From: a virus
Direction: 5' to 3' (one strand)
UHGV virus genome: UHGV-0209657
DNA length: 55,055 nucleotides
Made by a program: the position numbers and the translations under genes. This document shows positions 8,852-18,020 of the stretch, one piece after another (position 1 is the first letter of the stretch; every line of letters starts with the position of its first letter). A model generated the notes under the pieces. That model had not been told where the DNA came from and did no database searches. It saw only the letters and a list, made by a program, of their open reading frames with translations.

Positions 8852-9970
8852 ATGTCACAAAGAAAGATCAGCGATGAGGAACTGATCGCCGAGTACAACA
8901 AGGGGAAAACTTACAAGCAAATAGCAGAAGAATATGGAATGGCAAAACGCAACGTCGAACGCCTGGGCGCACGGTTGGCGAAACGCGGTTTAATATCCAC
9001 GCGTCGCGCGCCGGGCTTTGGCGTCAATGGTGAGTCATTGCTCGTCGATAAGGATGGCAATGTGATTATGCGCTGGATTAAAACAGCCCGTGATCGCGAT
9101 GAAATGGAAAGGCTAATGCAAGCGGCTTGCGATGCTTTCACGGAAGACATGCCACGCGCGGAGGCCGTGCCAGTGCCGGAAATTGATTTCCAAAAAAGCC
9201 TGGCCCTTTATCCGGTATTCGATCTGCATATCGGGGCGCTTGCTCATAAAGCTGAATGCGGTGAGAGCTACGACACCGGGATCGCTGAACGCGTGCTAAA
9301 TGATTTCTTTGACTACGCGGTAGGCGCAGCGCCGATGTCTGAAAAAGCTGTATTGCTTCTCGGTGGGGATGTTCTTCACACTGATGGGCTGTTGCCAGTG
9401 ACGCCATCAAGCAATCACGTACTTGATTGCGATTCACGCTACGCAAAACTTGTTTATGTGGCGATCCGGTCAGTCCGCCGTGCTGTAGGAAAGATGTTGT
9501 TAAACCACAAAGAAATCGAAATCCAGGTATTATCAGGTAATCACGATCAGTCGGGGATGATTTGGCTACGTGCTGCGCTGGCGGCTTTTTACGAAGATGA
9601 ACCGCGCGTAACGGTTGACGTGTCACCTGCTATCGTACACCACACACAGTACGGCAAAACATTCCTTGCTTACCACCACGGACACACCATCAAAAAACCA
9701 GAAAATTTGTTGTCTGCCTGCGTCTCTGACTGGCGGGAAGATTTCGGTAAGTCTGCGGCGGTTTATGCTCATTGCGGGCACTGGCACCACCAACGGTTGA
9801 TTGAATCATCGTTAGGCGTTGTTGAGTATCACGGCACGTTAGCGGGCAAAGACGCTTATTCAACGAATGGCGGCTGGCGGTCGCGGCGTCTGGCGGCGGT
9901 AATAATTTACAGTCCTGATCACGGGGAAATCGGGCGCTTTGTTTATTACCCTGAATATTCCATTTTGTAA
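8852..9970 (+). CDS. HTH-domain protein fused to calcineurin-like metallophosphoesterase (GNHD type)
   Basis: N-terminal HTH; motifs DLHIG, GGDVLHTD, GNHD, GHWHH in canonical order; ATG at 8852 with GGAGG RBS. Confidence 0.55.
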   Translation: MSQRKISDEELIAEYNKGKTYKQIAEEYGMAKRNVERLGARLAKRGLISTRRAPGFGVNGESLLVDKDGNVIMRWIKTARDRDEMERLMQAACDAFTEDMPRAEAVPVPEIDFQKSLALYPVFDLHIGALAHKAECGESYDTGIAERVLNDFFDYAVGAAPMSEKAVLLLGGDVLHTDGLLPVTPSSNHVLDCDSRYAKLVYVAIRSVRRAVGKMLLNHKEIEIQVLSGNHDQSGMIWLRAALAAFYEDEPRVTVDVSPAIVHHTQYGKTFLAYHHGHTIKKPENLLSACVSDWREDFGKSAAVYAHCGHWHHQRLIESSLGVVEYHGTLAGKDAYSTNGGWRSRRLAAVIIYSPDHGEIGRFVYYPEYSIL

Positions 9971-9988
9971 ACCGGAGGTAATGCCATA

Positions 9989-11404
9989 ATGGATTCTGTT
10001 AACTCACTGCGACAAGAACGAGAGTCTGCTGTGATAGGCGGACTCCTGTTAGGCGGGCTTACACCTAACGCGCAAGACGTTCTTGCTACGCTCGATCCTG
10101 AAGTATTCACTATTCCGCTATATAAGCGGGCTTTTGAAATTATCCGGGCGCAAGCCAGAAACAGAAATCTTATCGACGCGTTACTGGTTGGTGATGAGAT
10201 TGGTAATGAAAACTTTGTACCGCTAATGCAAACGGCGCGATCGTGCCCTTCTGCTGCCAACCTGAAGGGATATGCACAGCTACTACGTGAAGAGCACCAG
10301 CGGCGGCAGATGTTGGAACTCATCGACGATATGCGCTACAAACTGGAAACTGGGACACTTGAGGTCGTCAAAGAGACGATGAAAGATTTTGATTCCCGGT
10401 ATTCAAAATTAAAGGTAACAAAAGATCAAATTATCCCGGTGCTGTTGCGCGATGCGGTCCAGGAATACACGGAAGTGCTAAGTAAACGCATGGAGTGTGG
10501 CGTGAACTCTGACAACATCAAAACAGGTATTGACCCACTCGACGAAATGTTAGGCGGCATTAATGCTACTGATCTGGTGCTTATCGCCGGACGCCCAGGG
10601 TCTGGTAAATCGGCGTTGGCGTTGGCAATTGCCCGCGCGGCGGCTGAACGTCCATACCCTGGCGGCGAAGGTCAGCGGGTCGGCGTTTTGCTGTTCACGC
10701 TTGAAATGTCGCTCGATCAGATGACTGAACGTGCTATCGCTGGCGCTGGGAACTTATCAACGGATTGCCTACGTAATCCGGTAAAACTGGATGACGAAGG
10801 TTGGGCGCACGTCACCCAGGGAATGAGTGCCCTTGCCGATCTCGATGTGTGGATTGTTGACGCATCGCAGTTAACGGTCGAGGAAATACGCGCCACCGTC
10901 GAACGGATGAAACAGGACCATCCTAACCTGGGGATGGTAATGATTGACTACATCGGGTTAATGAAGCTGGCTAAGGCCGAACGTCATGATCTCGCCGTAG
11001 GGCAATTGTCGTGGTCATTGAAAATGATGGCGAAAGAGTTGCGCGTGCCAGTGGCGGCGCTGGCGCAATTATCCCGCCGCGTTGAGGAACGACCGAACAA
11101 GCGCCCGAACAATTCTGATCTGCGTGATTCCGGTAATCTTGAGCAGGACGCAGACCGGATCATCATGGTCTACCGCGACGGCTACTACAACGAACAATCG
11201 GTTGCCCGCGAATATATGGAGATCATCGTTTCAAAAAACCGTCACGGGAAAACGGGGACTGTTTACCAGCGGTTTGACGATAACGGCAACATCATCCCAT
11301 GCGACCAGGCCCGCGCGGCGTCCGCTTGCATTCAGTCAATGCAACAACGTCCGGCGGCAAGTAGATTCTCCCCACGAAACAGCCAGAACAACGCATCTTT
11401 TTAA
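9989..11404 (+). CDS. dnaB: DnaB-family replicative DNA helicase
   Basis: Walker A GRPGSGKS and DnaB C-terminal domain layout; 471 aa. Confidence 0.9.
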   Translation: MDSVNSLRQERESAVIGGLLLGGLTPNAQDVLATLDPEVFTIPLYKRAFEIIRAQARNRNLIDALLVGDEIGNENFVPLMQTARSCPSAANLKGYAQLLREEHQRRQMLELIDDMRYKLETGTLEVVKETMKDFDSRYSKLKVTKDQIIPVLLRDAVQEYTEVLSKRMECGVNSDNIKTGIDPLDEMLGGINATDLVLIAGRPGSGKSALALAIARAAAERPYPGGEGQRVGVLLFTLEMSLDQMTERAIAGAGNLSTDCLRNPVKLDDEGWAHVTQGMSALADLDVWIVDASQLTVEEIRATVERMKQDHPNLGMVMIDYIGLMKLAKAERHDLAVGQLSWSLKMMAKELRVPVAALAQLSRRVEERPNKRPNNSDLRDSGNLEQDADRIIMVYRDGYYNEQSVAREYMEIIVSKNRHGKTGTVYQRFDDNGNIIPCDQARAASACIQSMQQRPAASRFSPRNSQNNASF

Positions 11405-11483
11405 TTAACTTGAGCAAACGGCTTACCGGAAAGTTGACCGCTTTCTGGTGGCTGTTTTCGCGCTTAAAACGAGGCGAAAAACA

Positions 11484-12041
11484 ATGAGCATTGAACTTGA
11501 AGCAAAAATTATCAATATCCTTGAACTTGATGGCATCGCAACAATGCACCAGCTACGCCAGAAAACCGGATTATCAGCGGAATACGACGAAGCCGGATGC
11601 TTGCCGGAAACAGTTAAACACCTGATCGACACTAATCTGGTTGAGCGGGTGTATACATATTTTGGCCCGCGCCGCCGCTTGCTGGGCTATCGAATTAAAT
11701 ATTTATACGAACAACGACGCGAGCGTGTAGCCGCGTTATTTACTGACTACAACGTTAGAAAGCGAATGAGAGATATTAGCGCGGAAACTGGTATTCCGTG
11801 GAATTACCTTTCGCGCACGCTGCGTTTAATGGTGCTGGATGAAACGCTTTGCATAGATACCAATAAACACGGCCTTAATTTTTACTCACTGTTTAAACCT
11901 GGTCGCTTTGGTCACGCTAATGATCTCGCGTTTGATTTTGACAGCCGCCTGAATGAATACCGGAAAAATAACGGACTGTTACCGGATAAACCAGTATTTG
12001 AGATCGAAAAACTTAACGGTGAAACGGGGTTAGAATTATGA
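11484..12041 (+). CDS. hypothetical protein with N-terminal winged-helix-like segment
   Basis: ATG at 11484 (listed 11448 is GTG); function unknown. Confidence 0.35.
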   Translation: MSIELEAKIINILELDGIATMHQLRQKTGLSAEYDEAGCLPETVKHLIDTNLVERVYTYFGPRRRLLGYRIKYLYEQRRERVAALFTDYNVRKRMRDISAETGIPWNYLSRTLRLMVLDETLCIDTNKHGLNFYSLFKPGRFGHANDLAFDFDSRLNEYRKNNGLLPDKPVFEIEKLNGETGLEL

Positions 12042-12244
12042 GACGGGTAATCTTTTATTCAGTTGAAACGTTTGTCGACGATACGCGTGTTTATTATCCG
12101 TGGGAAGTATACGACGCAAAGGTGTATACACCGCCACTGATGCGGAAATATAAACACGTAAAATTTAACCGGTTTTTTGTACCAATGCGTGATGCACTGC
12201 GGGTGCTGCGCGGTGAATTACGAAACACAATGCGTATTGTGTGA
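12038..12244 (+). CDS. hypothetical protein (68 aa)
   Basis: ORF overlapping upstream stop. Confidence 0.3.
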   Translation: MRRVIFYSVETFVDDTRVYYPWEVYDAKVYTPPLMRKYKHVKFNRFFVPMRDALRVLRGELRNTMRIV

Positions 12245-12253
12245 GGGGCGATC

Positions 12254-12451
12254 ATGAATAAGGAGTTAGATTTAACCATTGAAGACTTTAGCACTATTGC
12301 GGAATACATGCGCGGTGACGATCCTGATAAACCTGTTGTGGTTGATATGAGATACTTAAAAAGCGCTTTCATGACAAGCTCACGTCTAATTTCTTTGCAG
12401 GCGATCATGTATGCGCGGGCGCAGTGGAAAAACAGTAACGGTGTATTATGA
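12254..12451 (+). CDS. hypothetical protein (65 aa)
   Basis: ORF in operon string. Confidence 0.3.
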   Translation: MNKELDLTIEDFSTIAEYMRGDDPDKPVVVDMRYLKSAFMTSSRLISLQAIMYARAQWKNSNGVL

Positions 12452-12879
12452 GGCAAATTAGATTTGAAATAGTAAACGACGCCGTAAAAGAAAACGCTAT
12501 CAGGCAGATAAGAGAGATCCAGCCTGATAGCAAAAGCCCGATGATAATTACCATCCAGGAGAAAACCCGCTCGCTAAGCCAAAATAGCTTTCTATGGGCG
12601 TTGCTAACCGACATTAGTGATCAGGTTAATTGGTACGGTAAGAAGCTGTCGCCGGAAGACTGGAAAGCGGTATTCACCGCCGGGCTTAAAAAATATGGCG
12701 TCGTGCCTAATCTGGATAAATCCGGCTTCGTTGTATTGGGAACATCTACAAGTCGAATGAGTAAATCAGAATTCAGTGAACTAATCGAATTAATTTACTC
12801 GTTCGGTGCTGAACATGATGTTCAATGGTCGGGTGATACGAAATTAAACGAGGAATTCATAAAACGCTGGGGGCAATAA
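12448..12879 (+). CDS. ninB: NinB-family recombination protein
   Basis: Size and sequence pattern recalled from lambda NinB/Orf family. Confidence 0.65.
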   Translation: MRQIRFEIVNDAVKENAIRQIREIQPDSKSPMIITIQEKTRSLSQNSFLWALLTDISDQVNWYGKKLSPEDWKAVFTAGLKKYGVVPNLDKSGFVVLGTSTSRMSKSEFSELIELIYSFGAEHDVQWSGDTKLNEEFIKRWGQ

Positions 12880-13055
12880 TGGTTGAGTATTTTAAAGCTA
12901 AACCGACCGGGATTTATTACAAGGTAGAAAATGGTAATGTGTTTTATCTTAATCGCGCGGCTAATGAGTGGCGAGAGTGTCAATGCTACTACCTGAGAGA
13001 TATTAGAAATCATCCACATTATTTTATTAAAGTTGACGATGTACCAGTGGCATAA
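12879..13055 (+). CDS. hypothetical protein (58 aa)
   Basis: ATG overlapping ninB stop, RBS GGGGG; below ORF-track cutoff. Confidence 0.25.
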   Translation: MVEYFKAKPTGIYYKVENGNVFYLNRAANEWRECQCYYLRDIRNHPHYFIKVDDVPVA

Positions 13056-13069
13056 TTGAGGATAAACAA

Positions 13070-13729
13070 ATGAGTAAATCAAAAGCAATCGGTGTGATTA
13101 GCCATCGCACTAACCCTGAGTGTTACCCATCGTTTGAGGTAACAACATGCCGCACAGAATATAATTTTGGAACATACTATTTATTGGGTGTTCGCGCTGA
13201 CACTGGCGGCACTTATTCTGTTATGGCTGCGGGCTGGAAATTTGATAAATACGCTAATTTATCTAATAAGGATGATGATGGCATGAATAAAGAAAGTGAA
13301 ATCATTGATGAATTAATCGAAGATGAACGCCATGACTGCGAAACACAACCAGAAAAAACGGAATGGGCCGCAGGTGATAAACCTCCTGTTAATGTATGGC
13401 TTGATTGTGTGGGTCTTACGAGCGGAACGGTTCTCGATGTCGTTAAATTTAAATATGTTGGTGATAAATGGGCTATATGTGAAAGCAAGGAAGATTGCGG
13501 TGGCGAGAGGCCGCTATCATGGAAAACATGCTCTTTCAAGCTGTATATAGATCCGCGCAACCAGGCGTTGGGGAGAATAGCTAAATCTCTGGCTATTGTC
13601 GTTATTGGTAAAGATGCGGCAAAAGAGATTGATTTTTATCATGAAAACGAATGGTCGCATGATTATCGCAACATGGCCTGCGAGATCATTGATGGCAATA
13701 TCCCGTTCACTGAATACAAGGGGGAATAA
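13070..13729 (+). CDS. hypothetical protein (219 aa), accessory position next to alpA/int
   Basis: Long ORF, Cys-containing, lower GC than replication genes; no motif recognised. Confidence 0.4.
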   Translation: MSKSKAIGVISHRTNPECYPSFEVTTCRTEYNFGTYYLLGVRADTGGTYSVMAAGWKFDKYANLSNKDDDGMNKESEIIDELIEDERHDCETQPEKTEWAAGDKPPVNVWLDCVGLTSGTVLDVVKFKYVGDKWAICESKEDCGGERPLSWKTCSFKLYIDPRNQALGRIAKSLAIVVIGKDAAKEIDFYHENEWSHDYRNMACEIIDGNIPFTEYKGE

Positions 13730-13959
13730 TGGATAAAACCGGGACAATTCTTCTTAGTCGCCCTGCCATCTGCCGGATGCTGGGAGGAATTAGCAGGGGA
13801 ACGTTTTATTTATGGCGTAAAAAGTGGGAACGGAACGGAACTCCGTTCCCGGCCCCTGTTGATGTACTTGGTACCGGGCGTGGCGTTATGTACCGCTATC
13901 AGGACGTAATGCAGTTCTTTGATCAGATTGGTTTAACGTCAGCCAAAGATAATACATAA
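13729..13959 (+). CDS. AlpA-family phage transcriptional regulator / excisionase-like
   Basis: Small HTH protein (RPAICRMLGGISRGTFYLWRKK); 3' end overlaps integrase. Confidence 0.65.
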   Translation: MDKTGTILLSRPAICRMLGGISRGTFYLWRKKWERNGTPFPAPVDVLGTGRGVMYRYQDVMQFFDQIGLTSAKDNT

Positions 13960-15113
13960 TCCGCAAACTTATTTAGTGCCTCCTTTTGTTCATCAAGATA
14001 ATCATATTTATCGTACACCGCCAGTATCCCCCTTAATGAATGGCCTAAGACCTTTTCTGCAATATGTACCGGAACACCTATAGCTGAAAGGTGTGTCCGG
14101 CACGTCCTGCGGAGGTCGTGACAGGACCATGATTTACCGCCCATCCTTTTACGCACGAATATTGCAGCTACTTTTATCACTGATGCGTTTACTGGCCTGT
14201 TGCCGCCGTTAATCACTGGCGGGAATACATAATCATACTCATGGGAGGTTAAAACCTCCCTGAGCATTTTTATCGACAAGTCAGATAATCCCCGCCTGAT
14301 TTCACTTCTTGTCTTCGCCACCGCCGCCGGAACGGTCCACACACCGTTGTCCAGGTCTAGGTGTTCCCTTCTCATTTTCTGCAATTCACCAACCCTGCAC
14401 CCGGTTAGCAATAATAGCTTTAAGGCTATTTTGTTCTGCGGATAGATCTGCGAACTGTCTACCGTGCGCCAGAAGTGGCCTATCTCCTCACATGAAAGGT
14501 AACGCTCCCCCACCGCATAATGCTCGCCAACGTCAGCTACACGGATATTGTTTATCGCCGTGTTAGTCATTAGCCCGCGCCTGATTGCGCTGTTAACGAT
14601 GATTTTCATTCGCTTCAATATCAAACCAGCCGTAACCGCGTGACCCGCCGCAGTGATCTCGCCAAATATATCCATCCACTGTTTTGTCGTTACGTCGTCA
14701 GCTATGTAGTCGCCGTACTTGTTGACAACATGGCGCATCAATGCGCTTTTGACTTCTTTATATGCCACCAGCTTAATGATGTTCGGCAGGGATAGATAGT
14801 CTTCCACTACGTCTGTTATCGATCTCTTGCCCTGTTCAAAGGCTATGGCCTGCTTTACGCACAGTGCCGGATTCTTCCCTTTCGCAAGCAACTCCCTGTA
14901 TTCAGCCACCGCATAGCGGGCGTCTTTCAGACTCATTTTCCCGTACTCGCCGATCTTCATTCGCACTGGCTTGCCGTTGAATCTGTAACGGTACTGGAAA
15001 GTAATTTTCCCTTTTGGACTTATCCTGGCTGACAGACCGTCACGATCAGCTATCTCGCTTGGGCCGTCATATGGCTTGTTGGCAATAGTCCTTAACCTGG
15101 TATCCGTAAGCAT
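13923..15113 (-). CDS. int: tyrosine integrase (P4-type)
   Basis: N-terminal arm-binding-like domain, C-terminal HDLRRT box and catalytic Tyr region; ATG with GGGGGTG RBS. Confidence 0.9.
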   Translation of the reverse strand: MLTDTRLRTIANKPYDGPSEIADRDGLSARISPKGKITFQYRYRFNGKPVRMKIGEYGKMSLKDARYAVAEYRELLAKGKNPALCVKQAIAFEQGKRSITDVVEDYLSLPNIIKLVAYKEVKSALMRHVVNKYGDYIADDVTTKQWMDIFGEITAAGHAVTAGLILKRMKIIVNSAIRRGLMTNTAINNIRVADVGEHYAVGERYLSCEEIGHFWRTVDSSQIYPQNKIALKLLLLTGCRVGELQKMRREHLDLDNGVWTVPAAVAKTRSEIRRGLSDLSIKMLREVLTSHEYDYVFPPVINGGNRPVNASVIKVAAIFVRKRMGGKSWSCHDLRRTCRTHLSAIGVPVHIAEKVLGHSLRGILAVYDKYDYLDEQKEALNKFADYVLSLADVKPI

Positions 15114-15126
15114 GTTGCACCCCCAA

Positions 15127-15390
15127 TTTTGGTCACGTTTTGGTACACAGTTTTTGTTGTACGGATATTAACAGTATTGTACGGAATTAGAAACGCGATG
15201 CTGGGTTTTGGTTACAACAGGATGATTTTTAAGTAATTTTAGTGGAGAGATTGAACGGAGTTAAACACCTTTAAACATAGTGCGCTGGTCCTGTCTGGAA
15301 TGATTAGTGTAACGAATAATCATTTATAAAACATAATGTTATGTTGTTTTTGATTTTAGTTTTTGATATTTGGTCACTATTTGGTACACA
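15127..15390. other. candidate attP / integrase arm-site region
   Basis: 22-bp imperfect direct repeats TTTGGTCAC..TTTGGTACACA at 15127-15149 and 15369-15390; TTGTACGGA repeated twice; next to int. Confidence 0.35.
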
Positions 15391-15418
15391 AAAAGAAACG
15401 AGGCGTTAGCCTCGTTTC
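15385..15418 (-). terminator. terminator at end of late operon
   Basis: 10-bp stem GAAACGAGGC/GCCTCGTTTC with T-run on minus strand. Confidence 0.55.
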
Positions 15419-15461
15419 TCGGCGATGCTTTCAACATCACCATGCTATCACTGCCGCATCA

Positions 15462-15728
15462 TTAAGCCCATGCGCGGACGCCTGGATCTGGAACGATGAA
15501 AGGCTCAAGCTGAGAAATATCAACATCGTCACCAGTTATACGCACGTTGACGTAATAACCTTTTTTCCCAATAAGTACAGGTGTCTCGCTTTCTGGATCG
15601 TCGAATACAAGGACAAAACCGATATCATCAATAAACACGGTTGACCAATTGGCATCCAGCCAGCCGCTATTAATCACAATGTCGTTGTATTGCTGTTTGT
15701 CAGTAAATTGCAAGCTAACGTCTTTCAT
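15462..15728 (-). CDS. hypothetical protein downstream of tail fibre
   Basis: ATG at 15726-15728 with AAGGTGG RBS; last gene of late operon. Confidence 0.35.
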   Translation of the reverse strand: MKDVSLQFTDKQQYNDIVINSGWLDANWSTVFIDDIGFVLVFDDPESETPVLIGKKGYYVNVRITGDDVDISQLEPFIVPDPGVRAWA

Positions 15729-15738
15729 GTTAACCACC

Positions 15739-17535
15739 TTAAACAATTTCGCTTAATTGCGCATCAGTTAATGCCTTATGCCATACTCGAAAATTTCTAA
15801 CATGACCAAATAAATGACGTTGTCCTGTCGTTGTCTGACCACCGATACGAATAGTTGCGGAGCTTTGAATATAAGTCCAGGTTGTTTTTGTTTCGCTGCT
15901 TAACTTACCGTTACTGACTACACATGTGGACCGTTCGGACTTTACCCGCATACCAATAAGCATTTTTTCCAGCCCGGCATTTTCATTTATTCGTCGGTTT
16001 GAACCACCTATATCACAATACGGAAAACCGTCGTACCCACCTGATGAACCAAACCCCATTACGATCGCCGCTCCGGTTTGATGACCGCCGGTATCAAAAA
16101 CACGCGGCGCTGCATTTGGCGTTTTATACCAGTTCTTATGTACCTCACAAAGAACCGTAAAAGGAAGATTATAAAGGTTATTCTTGATTGGGACTGTCAC
16201 CATATCGCTTGCCCGCGTTGCTGGTGCCGACCCCGTAACAATAAAAGATGATGCGCCTGCACCAGCCTCAATCTGTGGAGTGGTTACATCGAGACAATCC
16301 CCTGATGCCACCATCTGACCTGTATCCGGAGAATACTGGACGAAACCACCAACCGTATTTTCTGTTGTATCTGCTTTTAATGTAGCCTCAAAAAATATCC
16401 AGCCAGTTGCATCATCCTTAACAGACCTTGCTGTAACACGGCTTGTCTGACCTGTCTTGCTAATTATGCGGGTGGTAAGGTTCAGGTTTGCTGCTCCTAT
16501 TGATGTCCTTACCTCCCCATCATAATGTTCAAATAAAATACGAACGGCGATATTATCAACTTCACTTTTTACCCGACAGGATATAGTTACATGCTTTTCG
16601 TCCCCTGAAGTATCAACCCCTCCGGCACTCGAATACAGTCCGATAATGGTATGCGCTTTACTTGTACCAACAATCGAATCCTGTACGACAAACCGGCCAT
16701 AATTAAACCCAAAACTATCTGTGCCTGTTTCTGTAACGTCCAGTGAAGTTGACTTATTCCACTTCGAAGGGTCTGTACTGTTTATTAACAGGTTTGTGCG
16801 CGTCCCCTCAATCAGTAATCCTTCGCGTTCAAAACGTGGCTCATTAATACCAGCCACAGTTAAAACACCTGATTTGTTAATGTAAGTAGCAGTGCTTGCG
16901 CGTGAGAAAGAAACAACTTTATCTGATGATATTGTTTTTTCTTCCCCATTAATGGTTACTTTTTTAGTACCAGGGCCGTAGCCCGTGATCATATCGAGAG
17001 AATCGTTAAACGGTATCCATACGTCCGGCAGCGGTTGCAAAACATACGCGTAAGGCTGTGCGGTCTGATTGGCGTATTCGTGGGCTTCGTCTCTGTATGT
17101 CTTAGCTGAATCGGCTGCGCTTGTCGCTGTTGTTGCAGCGTTGGTTGCAGTGGTAGCTGATTGTGATGCTAATTTTGAGGCTGAAATCACATCTTTGTTG
17201 TCGCTAAAAAATTCAACTGCGTCCGCTATTTCTGATTCTTTGCCCTGATAGTAACGCAGTGTTTCGGCGACATCCTGAGCAAGACCATCCACAGAGATCG
17301 AATCTGAAAGCAGGATGCTAAATTTAGTTCCAGCCGGAATAGCCGGACTTGCCGCAGGAGTTACCGACAAACTTGTTGCGCTTTTTACCTTTGTGATTGA
17401 AAAAATCTGCACCGGATCGCTAATGGCAATAAGAGTGCAACCCACTCTGATCAGAGATAATGCGGCGTTGAATTCAGTCCCTGCCCCGGTAACTGTGTTT
17501 CCGCTAACAGCTATAGTGCCTGTTGTGTAAATCAT
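15739..17535 (-). CDS. side tail fibre protein
   Basis: 598 aa, Ala/Thr/Ser-rich N-terminal shaft-like region, position after J. Confidence 0.55.
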   Translation of the reverse strand: MIYTTGTIAVSGNTVTGAGTEFNAALSLIRVGCTLIAISDPVQIFSITKVKSATSLSVTPAASPAIPAGTKFSILLSDSISVDGLAQDVAETLRYYQGKESEIADAVEFFSDNKDVISASKLASQSATTATNAATTATSAADSAKTYRDEAHEYANQTAQPYAYVLQPLPDVWIPFNDSLDMITGYGPGTKKVTINGEEKTISSDKVVSFSRASTATYINKSGVLTVAGINEPRFEREGLLIEGTRTNLLINSTDPSKWNKSTSLDVTETGTDSFGFNYGRFVVQDSIVGTSKAHTIIGLYSSAGGVDTSGDEKHVTISCRVKSEVDNIAVRILFEHYDGEVRTSIGAANLNLTTRIISKTGQTSRVTARSVKDDATGWIFFEATLKADTTENTVGGFVQYSPDTGQMVASGDCLDVTTPQIEAGAGASSFIVTGSAPATRASDMVTVPIKNNLYNLPFTVLCEVHKNWYKTPNAAPRVFDTGGHQTGAAIVMGFGSSGGYDGFPYCDIGGSNRRINENAGLEKMLIGMRVKSERSTCVVSNGKLSSETKTTWTYIQSSATIRIGGQTTTGQRHLFGHVRNFRVWHKALTDAQLSEIV

Positions 17536-17732
17536 CGCAATAACTCCGTTTTGTTAATTAACTAAACAATTCTACCATTTTGTGATCTGTGTTACACTTT
17601 GGGCTTATACATAATGTATTTTTTGATCTATATCAACATACGAAATGATAGCTTCTGCGGTGATTTGCTCATCGGATGGGTGGATCATCACGAACAACAA
17701 ATGACAGTAAAACAAACAGTAAGGTGAATACA

Positions 17733-17978
17733 ATGAAAAAACTAATTGTTGCTTGCATCTTATCAGCTCTGTCTTTTGGTGCTTTTGCTTCTGTAAATTC
17801 GACAGATAAGAGTGATGCTGGCACTGCTCAATATGGTGATACTGGCCTTGATAACCAACGTTCGAGTTATTTCAATACTGACTCATGGAAAGAAAAACAA
17901 CTACAAGGTAAAATTATTGACAGTGAATGTAATTTACCTATCCATTTTTCTGGTGTAAATGATGGGTGTAAAAAATAA
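17733..17978 (+). CDS. small secreted protein with signal peptide (opposite-strand moron)
   Basis: MKKLIVACILSALSFGAFA signal peptide; AAGGTGA RBS; between J and tail fibre on opposite strand. Confidence 0.5.
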   Translation: MKKLIVACILSALSFGAFASVNSTDKSDAGTAQYGDTGLDNQRSSYFNTDSWKEKQLQGKIIDSECNLPIHFSGVNDGCKK

Positions 17979-17989
17979 AAACAATGCAT

Positions 17990-18020
17990 AAAAAAAACGG
18001 GGCTTATGCCCCGTTTTTTA
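17990..18020. terminator. bidirectional hairpin terminator
   Basis: ACGGGGC-ttat-GCCCCGT flanked by A-run and T-run. Confidence 0.6.

Noticed and set aside
8911-10323. Minus-strand ORFs 8911-9150, 9138-9626 and 9946-10323 overlapping the HTH-metallophosphoesterase and helicase genes
   Set aside because: Arg/Ser/Pro-rich translations typical of antisense frames in GC-rich coding DNA; the plus-strand genes carry clear catalytic motifs.
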